Below, piece by piece: positions 10,172-19,539 of a DNA stretch of 64,000 nucleotides; the stretch's first letter is position 1; each line of letters opens with the position of its first letter. The stretch is from Candidatus Latescibacterota bacterium (GTDB lineage: Bacteria; Latescibacterota; UBA2968), in the NCBI GenBank assembly GCA_965198115.1, contig OZ240241.1, positions 6,272,001-6,336,000 of the forward strand. The letters are read 5' to 3'. The notes under the pieces were generated by a model. The model was not told the DNA's origin and ran no database searches. It saw nothing but the letters and a program-made list of their open reading frames with translations. A program made the translations under genes and the position numbers.

Positions 10172-11266
10172 TCAGGAGCCAAAAGCAACGGGTGCGCCAT
10201 CGATGTAGGCCTGAGTGATGTTGATGACGAGTTGGATGTCGTCGCGGGCGTCGGCCATTGGCGTACGACAAGTGGCGTCGTTGGTGATGCAGTCGTGGAA
10301 GTGTTCGAGTTCGCGCACGAAGGGGCTGGCCCAATCGATCGCGGGTTGTTCGCTGACGTGTCGGCCATTCGAGTCGATGTGTTGGAGTGTGACCGTCGAC
10401 AGTTGTCCACGAGAGAATCCGGTCGGGTAGGTCAGGATGACGCGGCGATCGTCGCCGTAGATCTCGAGTGTCTCCTTGAAATCCCAGAGATCTGGCAAGT
10501 CGACCCAAGAGGCGATGCAACGGGCACCGGAAGGGTATTCCATATTCGTGGAGACCGCTCGACCATCTTGCCAAGCATCGGTGCTGACAATACGCGATGG
10601 ATTACCGAAGAGAAGACGAAGACCGTAGAGGTCGTGAATCATGCTTCCGGAAAGCGTGAAGAAGATCCGTTGTGCTTCTGGCGGCACGTCATCGCCCATT
10701 GCCTGCTTGAAGGCGGCATCACGTGCATTCGAAGACGCCTCTCCCGCTTCGGGCGGCAAATCGCCGAACCGCTCGATGTGGAATTGAGCCAGGTGCAGGT
10801 TGTTGTTCGGATGGAGATGATTGACCTGTACGAAGGCCGGGTCCCAGCCTTGGGTTGCTTCGGCGGTCACCTCGAATGCGGGGTCGTAAACTTTCATATA
10901 GCCGGTTTGGGCGACGACGTTGGCGGCTTCTGCCGCATCGGTGATCGATTGGGCTTCCTCTTTCGAGAAGCAGACCGGTTTCTCGATGAACATATGCTTT
11001 CCGGCGCCGAGAGACGCGAGTGCGATTTCCGTTTTGGGGTCGCGATGGCAGAGGAGGACGGCGTCGACGTCCCCATCGAGGAGTTCCCGATAGTCGGTCG
11101 TGTGATGGGGGACGTTGTATTTGTTCGCGACGTACTGCGCGGCGCCGGTGCTGACGTCGCACGTCCACGTGACTTCGAACCGATGCTGCAGGTCGTGCAG
11201 ATTGGGCATATGCTGGACCTGTGCGATGGCCCCGCAACCGACGATACCGATTTTAATTCGCTTCAT
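10172..11266 (-). CDS. Gfo/Idh/MocA family oxidoreductase
   Basis: IGIVGCGAIA, GKHMFIEKP, GYMKVYDP, MIHDL. Confidence 0.92.
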   Translation of the reverse strand: MKRIKIGIVGCGAIAQVQHMPNLHDLQHRFEVTWTCDVSTGAAQYVANKYNVPHHTTDYRELLDGDVDAVLLCHRDPKTEIALASLGAGKHMFIEKPVCFSKEEAQSITDAAEAANVVAQTGYMKVYDPAFEVTAEATQGWDPAFVQVNHLHPNNNLHLAQFHIERFGDLPPEAGEASSNARDAAFKQAMGDDVPPEAQRIFFTLSGSMIHDLYGLRLLFGNPSRIVSTDAWQDGRAVSTNMEYPSGARCIASWVDLPDLWDFKETLEIYGDDRRVILTYPTGFSRGQLSTVTLQHIDSNGRHVSEQPAIDWASPFVRELEHFHDCITNDATCRTPMADARDDIQLVINITQAYIDGAPVAFGS

Positions 11267-11285
11267 GATGCCCTTTCGGGAAAGC

Positions 11286-11403
11286 AACCACAGAGCACAC
11301 TGAGCACACGGAGGGTTTGGGGACACCTAGCATCCAGGACCTATCGGGGAAACATTCCCGGTGAACCTGGACGTTGGAGAAGGCGCCACTGAGAACACTG
11401 AGG
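11286..11403. repeat. intergenic ~65-bp element, copy 3, plus an extra GCGCCACTGAGAACACTGAGG unit
   Basis: AACCACAGAGCACACTGAGCACACGGAGGG...GCATCCAGGACCTATCGGGGA. Confidence 0.8.
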
Positions 11404-11504
11404 TCTATTGTTTGTGCAAACCGGTAACCACCGTCACACGGAGCGGAAGCCTGCCCCGAACGAACGTGAGGGGAAGTGTCGGTCATAGAAACAGGAAATG
11501 GCAC

Positions 11505-12134
11505 CTATTCTGACTGTAGCGTAGGTGCCAGATCGTTCCAGCTGTCGCTGAGTTCGGACAGGTTACGTTGGACCTGGTAGAGCTGATGCCACATCTCGTT
11601 GCGGGTCGCTTCGTCGTGGTCCTCGGACGAGCCCAGGGCATCGAGTGCGTCACGATGGGTTGCCACGAGGGCCTCGGCGGCTTGCGCGAAGGCGTCGACG
11701 TTGACACGATGTCTCTCGATTCGATCGACGCGAGAGACTGAGGGATCGAGTTCGACATCGTAGCTGCCGTGGGGTGAGAATCGAATCGGCTTCGCTTCAC
11801 CATCCTGCGTTCGACCCGTGTGTGTCGGCATGACGTGGGGTGTGACCGAAAGGTAGAGAATGACGGGATCGTCTCCGATGACACGGACGGCGTGAGGCTG
11901 GTCCCTCAATGCGAAGCAGAGCTGCCCCGGTTCCAGGATCTGCGTCTCCCCATCGATCTCGAACTCCATCTTTCCCTGAAAGATGAGAAACACCTCGTGA
12001 CCGAGGTCGTGGCTGTGCCTGCTGTTGAACTCGCTCCCTGGCTCCATTCGCATAATGCGCGCGCGAATCTCGGGGGTGACGAGGAGGTTCTTAACGTGTT
12101 CAGGATTGCGGAAATCGTATACAGGGAATGCCAT
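11505..12134 (-). CDS. cupin domain protein with helical C-terminal extension
   Basis: HSHDLGHEVF and QPHAV cupin motifs; GGAGG RBS before ATG 12134. Confidence 0.88.
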   Translation of the reverse strand: MAFPVYDFRNPEHVKNLLVTPEIRARIMRMEPGSEFNSRHSHDLGHEVFLIFQGKMEFEIDGETQILEPGQLCFALRDQPHAVRVIGDDPVILYLSVTPHVMPTHTGRTQDGEAKPIRFSPHGSYDVELDPSVSRVDRIERHRVNVDAFAQAAEALVATHRDALDALGSSEDHDEATRNEMWHQLYQVQRNLSELSDSWNDLAPTLQSE

Positions 12135-12157
12135 CGGAAATCCTCCGAAAACAATAA

Positions 12158-12338
12158 ACACGAAGACGCGAAGTCGCGAAGACACCTATGAGGCAAGTGA
12201 AAGACGTTCCCTAGCTTGTTTGCCCAGGTCACAAGGAAGTCCGGCCTGTTCAGTTATCCTTCTCATTCACTCGTGAAGGAGAAGTGCCGGGTCTTCTCGA
12301 TTTACCCCGTCTTCCTTCGTGTCTTCGTGCCTTCGTGT
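12158..12338. repeat. inverted pair of 8-bp periodic (C)ACGAAG tracts
   Basis: ACACGAAGACGCGAAGTCGCGAAG (12158-12181) faces CTTCGTGTCTTCGTGCCTTCGTGT (12315-12338). Confidence 0.75.
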
Positions 12339-12344
12339 TGCTTT

Positions 12345-12659
12345 TCAGGTGTTTGCGCGGATCCAATCGAGATACGGTGGGTAGCCGCGATCGATTGGGA
12401 AGGCGACGATGTCGGGTACGTCGTAACTGTGTAAAGTCTTGATGCGCTGGATCAAAGCGTCGACGCGGCCAGCGTGCGTCTTGAGGACGACTGCAGCCTC
12501 GGATTCGTCTTCCACGACACCTTGCCAACGATAGATCGAACGAATGTGGGGAATGATGTTTCCACACGCCGCGAGGTGTTCATCGACGACAGCGCTCGTG
12601 ATGGTGACCGCTTCCTCTTCGTTAGACGCCGTCGTATAAACGATGTAAACCTCCGACAT
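12345..12659 (-). CDS. cutA: divalent-cation tolerance protein CutA
   Basis: LAACGNII, SIYRWQG, HSYDVP, YLDWI. Confidence 0.95.
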   Translation of the reverse strand: MSEVYIVYTTASNEEEAVTITSAVVDEHLAACGNIIPHIRSIYRWQGVVEDESEAAVVLKTHAGRVDALIQRIKTLHSYDVPDIVAFPIDRGYPPYLDWIRANT

Positions 12660-13141
12660 CAGTCCACGGCCTCGAGTTCCTCGCGCAAGGCGCGCAGTCG
12701 ATCCGTCATTCTAGCGTGATGTGATCCTGACCAGTAGACGCGATTGCAATCGGGACAGCGATGAAATTTGTCGTGGGTCTTGAGCACGTGCGGCGGTACG
12801 ACCGCTGCGACATTTTTGGGCAACACTTCCTCGATAGGCGCGTTACAGAGCAGACATCGCGTGAAGGTTTCTCGTTCGAGGTCAAGACCGATCGTTTTAA
12901 CGAGTTGCCCGATCTGTCGTTCGAGTTGCTTTTCTCCGAGATAGACGCAGTGGACCCGTGCCGTGCGTTCCGAAAGAGGACGGTCGGCCGTGAGCAGGAT
13001 GCGACGCTCCCTGCGACAAAGATCGAGCAGGTGGTCATCGGCGATGTAGGAGAAGTAGGTGGTGTCGTATCCGAGAATGCGAAGCCAGCGGGCAAGCATC
13101 CCGAGCATACAGTCAGCCGCGAATCTTGGCTCTTCGGTCAC
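12659..13141 (-). CDS. Mut7-C RNase (PIN-like) domain protein
   Basis: ADCMLGMLARWLRILGYDT, RCLLCN...CPDCNRVYWSGSH; GTG start at 13141 inferred. Confidence 0.88.
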   Translation of the reverse strand: MTEEPRFAADCMLGMLARWLRILGYDTTYFSYIADDHLLDLCRRERRILLTADRPLSERTARVHCVYLGEKQLERQIGQLVKTIGLDLERETFTRCLLCNAPIEEVLPKNVAAVVPPHVLKTHDKFHRCPDCNRVYWSGSHHARMTDRLRALREELEAVD

Positions 13142-13270
13142 TATAAACCTGTCATCCCGTGAAGATGAATTCGAAGAAAGGCCTGGGAAAACCGACGGGA
13201 TCAAACTAAGGTTGAGTGTAATCGCCGCAATATATCCCGCGCTGGACGGACGAGAAAGCGCAATCCCACA

Positions 13271-14332
13271 GTGAACGAGATGTCACGATTCGAAACAGCC
13301 GAAGCCGTCCTGAAACGACACGTCGAGGCGCGATCAACGCCTGCTGCCGCTGCTGCCGTCGTTTCGAAAGGCGAAGTCGTGTGGACGACCGCAGTCGGTC
13401 GCCATACCTATGACGAGGATGCTAGGTTTACGCAGGTCGACGATTTGTTCGATCTGGCGTCGTTGACGAAGGTGGTGGCGACGGCCACGATCTGCGCAAT
13501 GCTGGTGGATGATGGGGGGCTCGACCTCGACCAACCCGTCGATAGGACGATCCCCGAATTCGCTGGCGAGGGAAAGGATGCCGTCACGCCTCGCCATTTG
13601 CTGTCGCATAGCAGTGGGATGCCCGCGCACGTTCATCTCTACGACGCGCTGCGAAACAGGGGGGAGATCGTGGATGCTGCGATCGCCCTGGAACTCGAGT
13701 ATGGGCCCGGATCAGCGTCGATCTACAGCGATATGGGCTATCTGGTTTTGGGTGAGATGATCGAGCGACTCTGTGGGGCGACGTTGGACGTGCCCTGCCG
13801 AGCGCGTGTGACGGAAACGATGGCGCTGGCCGACACGACGTATAATCCAGAGGTCGGCCAGGATCGAATCGTGCCAACAGAAGTCGATGGCGCAATTCGG
13901 TATTGTTTAGTGCACGGAGAGGTGCACGACGAGAATGCGTGGGCGATGGGGGGTGTCGCGCCGCACGCGGGGTTGTTTTCGAACGTGGCTGATCTGGGAC
14001 GATTCGTTCGGATGTGGTTGGGGAAGGGCGAGATCGACGGACAGCGGATTCTGTCGGAGACGGTCGTCGATCTGTTCACAACGAAAGACGGGACGGTGGA
14101 TACGTGGGCGTTGGGGTGGGATACGATTTCGCCAGACGGGAGTACGTCCGGGCGTCACTTCACGCCCACCTCTTTTGGCATCCTTGGGTTTACAGGGACG
14201 TCGCTCTGGGTGGATCCCGTACGAGATGTGGGAGTGGTGCTATTGACGAATCGCGTGCATCCCACACGAGACAGCGAGGGGATCAAGCGGCTGCGGCCGG
14301 AGTTTCACGATGCAGTGAGCGAAGGGCTATAG
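13271..14332 (+). CDS. serine hydrolase (beta-lactamase/AmpC family)
   Basis: FDLASLTK (SxxK), YSDMG, VHDENA, HAGLFS, LLTNRVHP. Confidence 0.92.
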   Translation: MNEMSRFETAEAVLKRHVEARSTPAAAAAVVSKGEVVWTTAVGRHTYDEDARFTQVDDLFDLASLTKVVATATICAMLVDDGGLDLDQPVDRTIPEFAGEGKDAVTPRHLLSHSSGMPAHVHLYDALRNRGEIVDAAIALELEYGPGSASIYSDMGYLVLGEMIERLCGATLDVPCRARVTETMALADTTYNPEVGQDRIVPTEVDGAIRYCLVHGEVHDENAWAMGGVAPHAGLFSNVADLGRFVRMWLGKGEIDGQRILSETVVDLFTTKDGTVDTWALGWDTISPDGSTSGRHFTPTSFGILGFTGTSLWVDPVRDVGVVLLTNRVHPTRDSEGIKRLRPEFHDAVSEGL

Positions 14333-14744
14333 GAACCTTGCGTGGCGGCTTGCGGTCTGACTGCAGTACAGCCACAGAACACCTTGTTTATCCCCATTTG
14401 ACAGTTGAGTTTTCGTGCTCGTAGCAGCACACAAACACGGGTGAGGATTCGATGCGGACCGACCGCACAACAGCGCTGCCGCCGTTCTTCACTCAGGTCA
14501 TCGGCTCGCTGCCGCGGCCACGGGTGGTGCGCGACCTGATCGATCGGCGTGAGGCCATTCCGGCGACAGAGTATCGGCGGCTGATGGACGAGATGGTGAT
14601 TTTTGCCATTCGGTTGCAGGAACAGGCTGGCCTCGATGTCATCAGCGACGGGGAATGGCGGCGGGTGCACTACCTCGATGAATTCCTGCTGCGGGTAGGT
14701 GGCCACGAGAAGGTTCGATCGTTCGAGCACCAGGGTGAAAAAAG

Positions 14745-16164
14745 GGCTATATCCGGATCTCTCAACGAGATGAAGTGGGTGAAGGTGCCGTGGTTCCTGG
14801 CATGGGGGCGCGGTTAGAGTGTGCGGAACCTCTTCGGAATCTGCTCAGGGATGTTTATGTCTCCGACGGTAAGGAAGATCATATCGTTGAATGCGTCGAG
14901 TGTGCGGAATCCGCTGGCTCGGTTCTTGACGATTTGGACGATTCGGTTGAGGCCTTCGGCGATGGCGTTGGTAAGACGCGTGTTCACGAATGCGAGGACG
15001 CCGAAGAAGTGCTGTCGCAGGGTCCTGACGAACTTTCGCAGGGGTTCAAGTCGACTTCTGAGTGCGGACGTCGTCCAGCATTTCAGGAAGCGTTCGGCAG
15101 CCCAGGGCGCTTTGTATTCCCAGAACTGCTCGAACTCGTCCTTGAGTCTCCAGGCTCTATAGATTCGGTAGTTCGCCTTCTCCAGTGCTTTGAGTGTCCG
15201 AGTATCCCCTCTGGAGCGTGTCGCTGAGTGCCGGTAGAGGAGCCATCGGAGGCCCTTCATGGCTTTGCGCTCATCCGGGGCAGCTTTACGCCACTGGTCC
15301 TTACGGACCTCGTCAACGGCGGCATTGAGAGCCTTGACGATGTGAAAGCGATCGAGGACCAGCTTGGCATTCGGACAGTGTTCCTGGATGGCTCCGATGT
15401 AAGCTTCGCTCATGTCGCAGCAGGCCCACTCGATCTTGGATCTCCGGTAGGGACTGAGAGCCTCTGTGAAGAACCGATCGATCGTTTTACGCGCCCTGCC
15501 GCGGCCAACCCACACCACGCAGGAGCGGTCCAGATCGTAAACGAGCGTGGCGTACCTGTGACGCTTGGCGTAGGAGATCTCGTCGATCCCGATGGTTTTG
15601 AGCCCTCGGATACGATGACCTTCACGAAGCCGCGTGATGGATCGGTGAAGGAGATCCGACAGCGTCGAGGCAGAGATGCGCAGTAACTCGGACGCCGCCT
15701 TCTGCGTCATGGTCTGGCAGTAGCGCAGCATGGCATACTCGAAGCGATACGTCACCCGAGAGAACCGCTCCGCCCACGGAATCTCCTCGACCACACGACC
15801 GTGGGTAGGACACCGAATCTCCCGAGGATGGTAGAGAAGCCAGACCCTCCACCCGCACACCGGAATGTCACGCCACCGACGCGGATGGGGCATTGTGCGG
15901 ACGATTTTACCTCGACGGCCGCACTCCGGACAACAACAACCATTCTTATGTGGCTTTACGGCGATGACGAAACAGCTTCTCCCCTCAAACCACCAGCTGA
16001 CAACACGGAACCCCTTGAATCTCAGCAGTTTCGATAGTAATCTGCTCCCGGTCATAGGTCGCACCCCCTTCGCTTTGATTGTCCTACACACACAACCAAG
16101 CGTAGGGAACGATCTATGACCTTGTCATTCTATAGTTTCACCGTTGAGAAACCCGGATAGAGCC
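14745..16164 (-). mobile_element. ISL3 family insertion sequence (1420 bp)
   Basis: Imperfect terminal IRs GGCTATATCCGGATCTCTCAACG / CGTTGAGAAACCCGGATAGAGCC; 8-bp A-rich target duplication GAAAAAAG / AAAAAAAG. Confidence 0.95.
14814..16055 (-). CDS. ISL3 family transposase
   Basis: CPECG zinc finger, IGIDE, CCDMSEAY, LDRFHIVK, TNAIAEGLN. Confidence 0.96.
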   Translation of the reverse strand: MTGSRLLSKLLRFKGFRVVSWWFEGRSCFVIAVKPHKNGCCCPECGRRGKIVRTMPHPRRWRDIPVCGWRVWLLYHPREIRCPTHGRVVEEIPWAERFSRVTYRFEYAMLRYCQTMTQKAASELLRISASTLSDLLHRSITRLREGHRIRGLKTIGIDEISYAKRHRYATLVYDLDRSCVVWVGRGRARKTIDRFFTEALSPYRRSKIEWACCDMSEAYIGAIQEHCPNAKLVLDRFHIVKALNAAVDEVRKDQWRKAAPDERKAMKGLRWLLYRHSATRSRGDTRTLKALEKANYRIYRAWRLKDEFEQFWEYKAPWAAERFLKCWTTSALRSRLEPLRKFVRTLRQHFFGVLAFVNTRLTNAIAEGLNRIVQIVKNRASGFRTLDAFNDMIFLTVGDINIPEQIPKRFRTL

Positions 16165-17131
16165 AAAAAAAGGTTACGACGGTTGTCACCGGCCGTATGC
16201 AGGGTGGGGCTCCGCTCTTCGTCGAGGAGGGGAATTCCTCGTCGAGCACACGAAGCGCTGCACCAAATACGCTTTGCCGGCCCCGTTTCTGCTTGCGATC
16301 CGTAAATGGGACGAGGAATACAGCAGCGACGCCTACCCGACGATGGAACACTACATCGAGCACGTCACGGAGCTGCTGGCAGCGGAGGCGACGGCGCTGG
16401 CTCAGACCGGCGTCGACATCATTCAACTCGACGATCCGGCGCTGACCTATCTATGCGATCGTCGATTGATGGGTGGGGAGGAAACTCACGACGATCGTCC
16501 TCGGCGCGAATGGGACATCGAGCGTCAGGTGCCGATGGCCCTTGACGCGGTCAATCAGATCGCTGCTGAGCTGCGGGTCGAGGTGCACCTGCATTGCTGT
16601 CACAGTGTTTACAAGAGGCAGAGCGACGTGACCGGCGATTACAAACCGATCATGCCCTTCCTGAAGGATGCACGGATCGACCGTGTCAACCTGGAGTTCG
16701 CGTATCACGGCACCGGCGAGGCCAGTGACCTGGCGTTGCTCCCGGATGGGATCGACGTCGGTATGGGTGTTGTGGATGTGCGTACGGAACAGATTCAGGC
16801 GGTCGAGGATATTGAGGAAATCGGCGCGGCCGGTGCTGCGATTGTCGAGCCAGCCCGGATCGCATTGAACCCCGACTGTGGGTTTGCGCCGGATTACGGT
16901 GAACCGCCGAGTATCGACGAGGCATACGAAAAGCTTTGTCGCCTAACGGAGGCGGCCGGGCGTCTTCGGCAACGTTTTGCCTGACAGCGCCTTCGGGGTG
17001 AGCACGAGGGCGAGCGCGTAATTCTCAATTTTTTAGAGACAATGCGTTGCCCTCGTCGCTGTGCTGTGCGCAGGGATGCTGTGAAGTAACACCAAAAGTG
17101 TCGACGTCGATAGTTTTGTGGAAACGTAGAT

Positions 17132-17166
17132 AAAAAGGGCAATCCCACGTGAGGATTGCCCTTTTT
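17132..17166. terminator. bidirectional intrinsic terminator between the metE-like gene and glcB
   Basis: AAAAAGGGCAATCC-CACGTGA-GGATTGCCCTTTTT. Confidence 0.85.
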
Positions 17167-17185
17167 GATGGTTTCTATAGCTGTC

Positions 17186-19351
17186 TTATGATGAAGCTTT
17201 GATCTCGCGCCGGCGGCGGTGGAGAACGGGCTCGGTGTAGCCGTTGGCGACGGATCGACCTTCGAAGACGAGGTCGAGTGCGGCCTGAAAGGCGATGCCG
17301 TCGAAACCGGGCGCCATCTTCGTGTAGACGGGATCGCCGGCGTTCTGGTCGTCGACGACGGCGGCCATCTTTTTGAAGGTTTCGATGATCTGATCGCGGT
17401 TGGTGAGGCCGTGGTGAAGCCAGTTGGCGATGTGCTGGCTGGAGATGCGAAGCGTGGCGCGGTCTTCCATCAGGCCGACGTCGTTGATGTCGGGAACCTT
17501 GGAACAGCCGACGCCCTGGTCGACCCAGCGAACGACGTAGCCGAGGATGCCCTGGGCATTGTTGTCGAGCTCGCGCTGAATGTCATCGGCGCTGAGGTCG
17601 CGGTCGAGCAACGGGGGCGTGAGGATATCATCCAGGCTGGCGCGACCGCGTGAGGCGAGGGCCTGCTGGCGTTCGCTGACGTTGATCTGGTGATAGTGCA
17701 TCGCGTGGAGTGTCGCGGCAGTTGGCGAAGGGACCCACGCGCAGGCCGCGCCCGAGGTGGGATGGCCTCCCTTGGTGTCGACCATATCCTTCATCAGGTC
17801 GGGCATCGCCCACATTCCCTTGCCGATTTGGCCGTGGCCGGGGAGGGCGACTTCGAGACCGACATCGACGTTCCAGTCTTCGTAGGCGGTCATGAACTTC
17901 TGACCTTTGATTTCCGGCTTGGGCAACATTGGACCGGCCTCGACGCTGGTATGGATCTCGTCGCCCGTGCGATCGAGGAAGCCGGTGTTGATGAAGATGA
18001 TCCGATCGCGTGCTTCGTGAATGGCGGGTTTGAGGTTGATGGTGGTGCGTCGCTCTTCGTCCATAATGCCGATCTTGATGGTGTTTGGCTCGAGACCGAG
18101 GACCTGTTCGACGCGTCCGAAGAGTTCAACAGTGGCGGCGACTTCCTCTGGGCCGTGCATTTTCGGTTTGACGATGTAGACGCTGCCGGATCGGCTGTTG
18201 GTGACAGAGCCGGTTTGCTTCAGGTCGTGGATGGCGCCGAGGACGGTGATCATCGCGTCGAGGAAGCCTTCGGGGATCTCTTCGCCGTCGGTGGTGGTCA
18301 CCGCATCGGTGTACATATGAATGCCGACGTTGCGAACGAGCAAAGTACTCCGGCCGGGCAAAACGAGGTCGGATCCGTCGGGCGCAGTGAACACTTTATC
18401 GGGGTTGAGCCGGCGGGTGATGGTCTGCCCACCCTTTTCCAGCGTGGTCTCGAGACTTCCCTTCATAATACCAGTCCAGTTGCTATAGACGAGCGCCTTG
18501 TCTTCGGCGTCGACGGCTGAAACGGAGTCTTCGCAGTCCTGGATGGTGGTGACGGCCGCCTCGAGGATGACGTCCTTGACGCCGGCTGGATGGACCTTGC
18601 CGACGGGATGATCTGCGTCGATCTGGATCTCGACGTGGAGTCCGTTGTTGACGAATAGGATACTCGAAGGACTGTCGGGTGGTCCTGTGTGTCCGGCAAA
18701 TTGAGCCGGGTCTTTCAGCCCGTTGTTCGATCCGTCCGAGAGAGTGATCTTGAGTGCGCCCGAGGCGACGGCGTAGCCTGTGGCGTCACCGTGAGAGCCG
18801 GAGGCAAGCGGTGCGGTCGCGTCGAGGAAATCGGAAGACGTGTCGACGACTTTCTGACCTCGTAGCGGGTTGTAGCTCGTTCCTTTCTCTGCACCGTCGT
18901 CCTCAGGGATGACGTCGGTCCCGTAGAGGGCGTCGTAGAGGCTGCCCCATCGGGCGTTGGCGGCGTTCAGGGCGTATCGGGCGTTGTCGACCGGGACGAC
19001 GAGCTGGGGTCCGGCGATCTCACCGATTTCGGGGTCGACGTTGGCAGTCGTGACCTCGAAGTGATCGCCTTCGGACACGAGGTAGCCGACATCGTAGAGG
19101 AAGCTCTTGTAGTCTTCGGGATCGATGTCGCCGTCTTTGTTTTCGAGATACCAGGCGTCGAGCTGTGCCTGGAGGTCGTCGCGTTTTTTGAGCAGCGCTC
19201 GGTTCTTCGGAGCCAGGTCTTGCACGATCCCGTCCAGCCCTTGCCAGACTGAATCGGGGTTGACACCCGTGCCGGGTGCGATTTCATCTTTGACCACGTC
19301 GTGGAGGAGTTTGTGGACTTTGAGTCCACCGATTTCGATGTAGTCGGACAC
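17186..19351 (-). CDS. glcB: malate synthase G
   Basis: [71 protein letters not shown]. Confidence 0.97.
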   Translation of the reverse strand: MSDYIEIGGLKVHKLLHDVVKDEIAPGTGVNPDSVWQGLDGIVQDLAPKNRALLKKRDDLQAQLDAWYLENKDGDIDPEDYKSFLYDVGYLVSEGDHFEVTTANVDPEIGEIAGPQLVVPVDNARYALNAANARWGSLYDALYGTDVIPEDDGAEKGTSYNPLRGQKVVDTSSDFLDATAPLASGSHGDATGYAVASGALKITLSDGSNNGLKDPAQFAGHTGPPDSPSSILFVNNGLHVEIQIDADHPVGKVHPAGVKDVILEAAVTTIQDCEDSVSAVDAEDKALVYSNWTGIMKGSLETTLEKGGQTITRRLNPDKVFTAPDGSDLVLPGRSTLLVRNVGIHMYTDAVTTTDGEEIPEGFLDAMITVLGAIHDLKQTGSVTNSRSGSVYIVKPKMHGPEEVAATVELFGRVEQVLGLEPNTIKIGIMDEERRTTINLKPAIHEARDRIIFINTGFLDRTGDEIHTSVEAGPMLPKPEIKGQKFMTAYEDWNVDVGLEVALPGHGQIGKGMWAMPDLMKDMVDTKGGHPTSGAACAWVPSPTAATLHAMHYHQINVSERQQALASRGRASLDDILTPPLLDRDLSADDIQRELDNNAQGILGYVVRWVDQGVGCSKVPDINDVGLMEDRATLRISSQHIANWLHHGLTNRDQIIETFKKMAAVVDDQNAGDPVYTKMAPGFDGIAFQAALDLVFEGRSVANGYTEPVLHRRRREIKASS

Positions 19352-19539
19352 TTTGGTTCCTTTCGCGGCTCGATGGCGCGGCGAGGGTGCCGCGAGTGTT
19401 CAGTGTTCGGGAAGGCTAGGACAGCGTAAGATGCGGATGGCGGGCGTGCCTTTCAAGCGTAATTGCGCTGTACGTGGATCGAGGTGACAACTGAGTGGGT
19501 CGTCACCTCGTGGAAATGAAGCTGTAAGCGCCTTGATAC

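Larger units (their letters stand above)
14452..16984 (+). pseudogene. cobalamin-independent methionine synthase II (MetE C-terminal-type) family gene interrupted by ISL3
   Basis: 5' part VIGSLPRP...GLDVISDGEWRR (14452-14744); 3' part IIQLDDP, HLHCC, NPDCGF (16165-16984). Removing the IS restores HQGEKKVTTVVTG. Confidence 0.88.

Noticed and set aside
9018-11351. CRISPR array or integron attC array from the three repeated elements
   Set aside because: The spacers are whole ~1-kb genes of a coherent operon; there are no cas or intI genes and no RYYYAAC/GTTRRRY attC boxes.
9887-11392. Long antisense or alternate-frame ORFs (e.g. 9887..11392, 19666..20724, 30784..32079, 35999..37303)
   Set aside because: They are shadows of well-supported opposite-strand genes in GC-rich DNA and carry no motifs.
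14333-14451. Cobalamin or SAM riboswitch before the MetE-like gene
   Set aside because: The spacer is too short and has no B12-box or SAM-I core; only a TTGACA hexamer is present.
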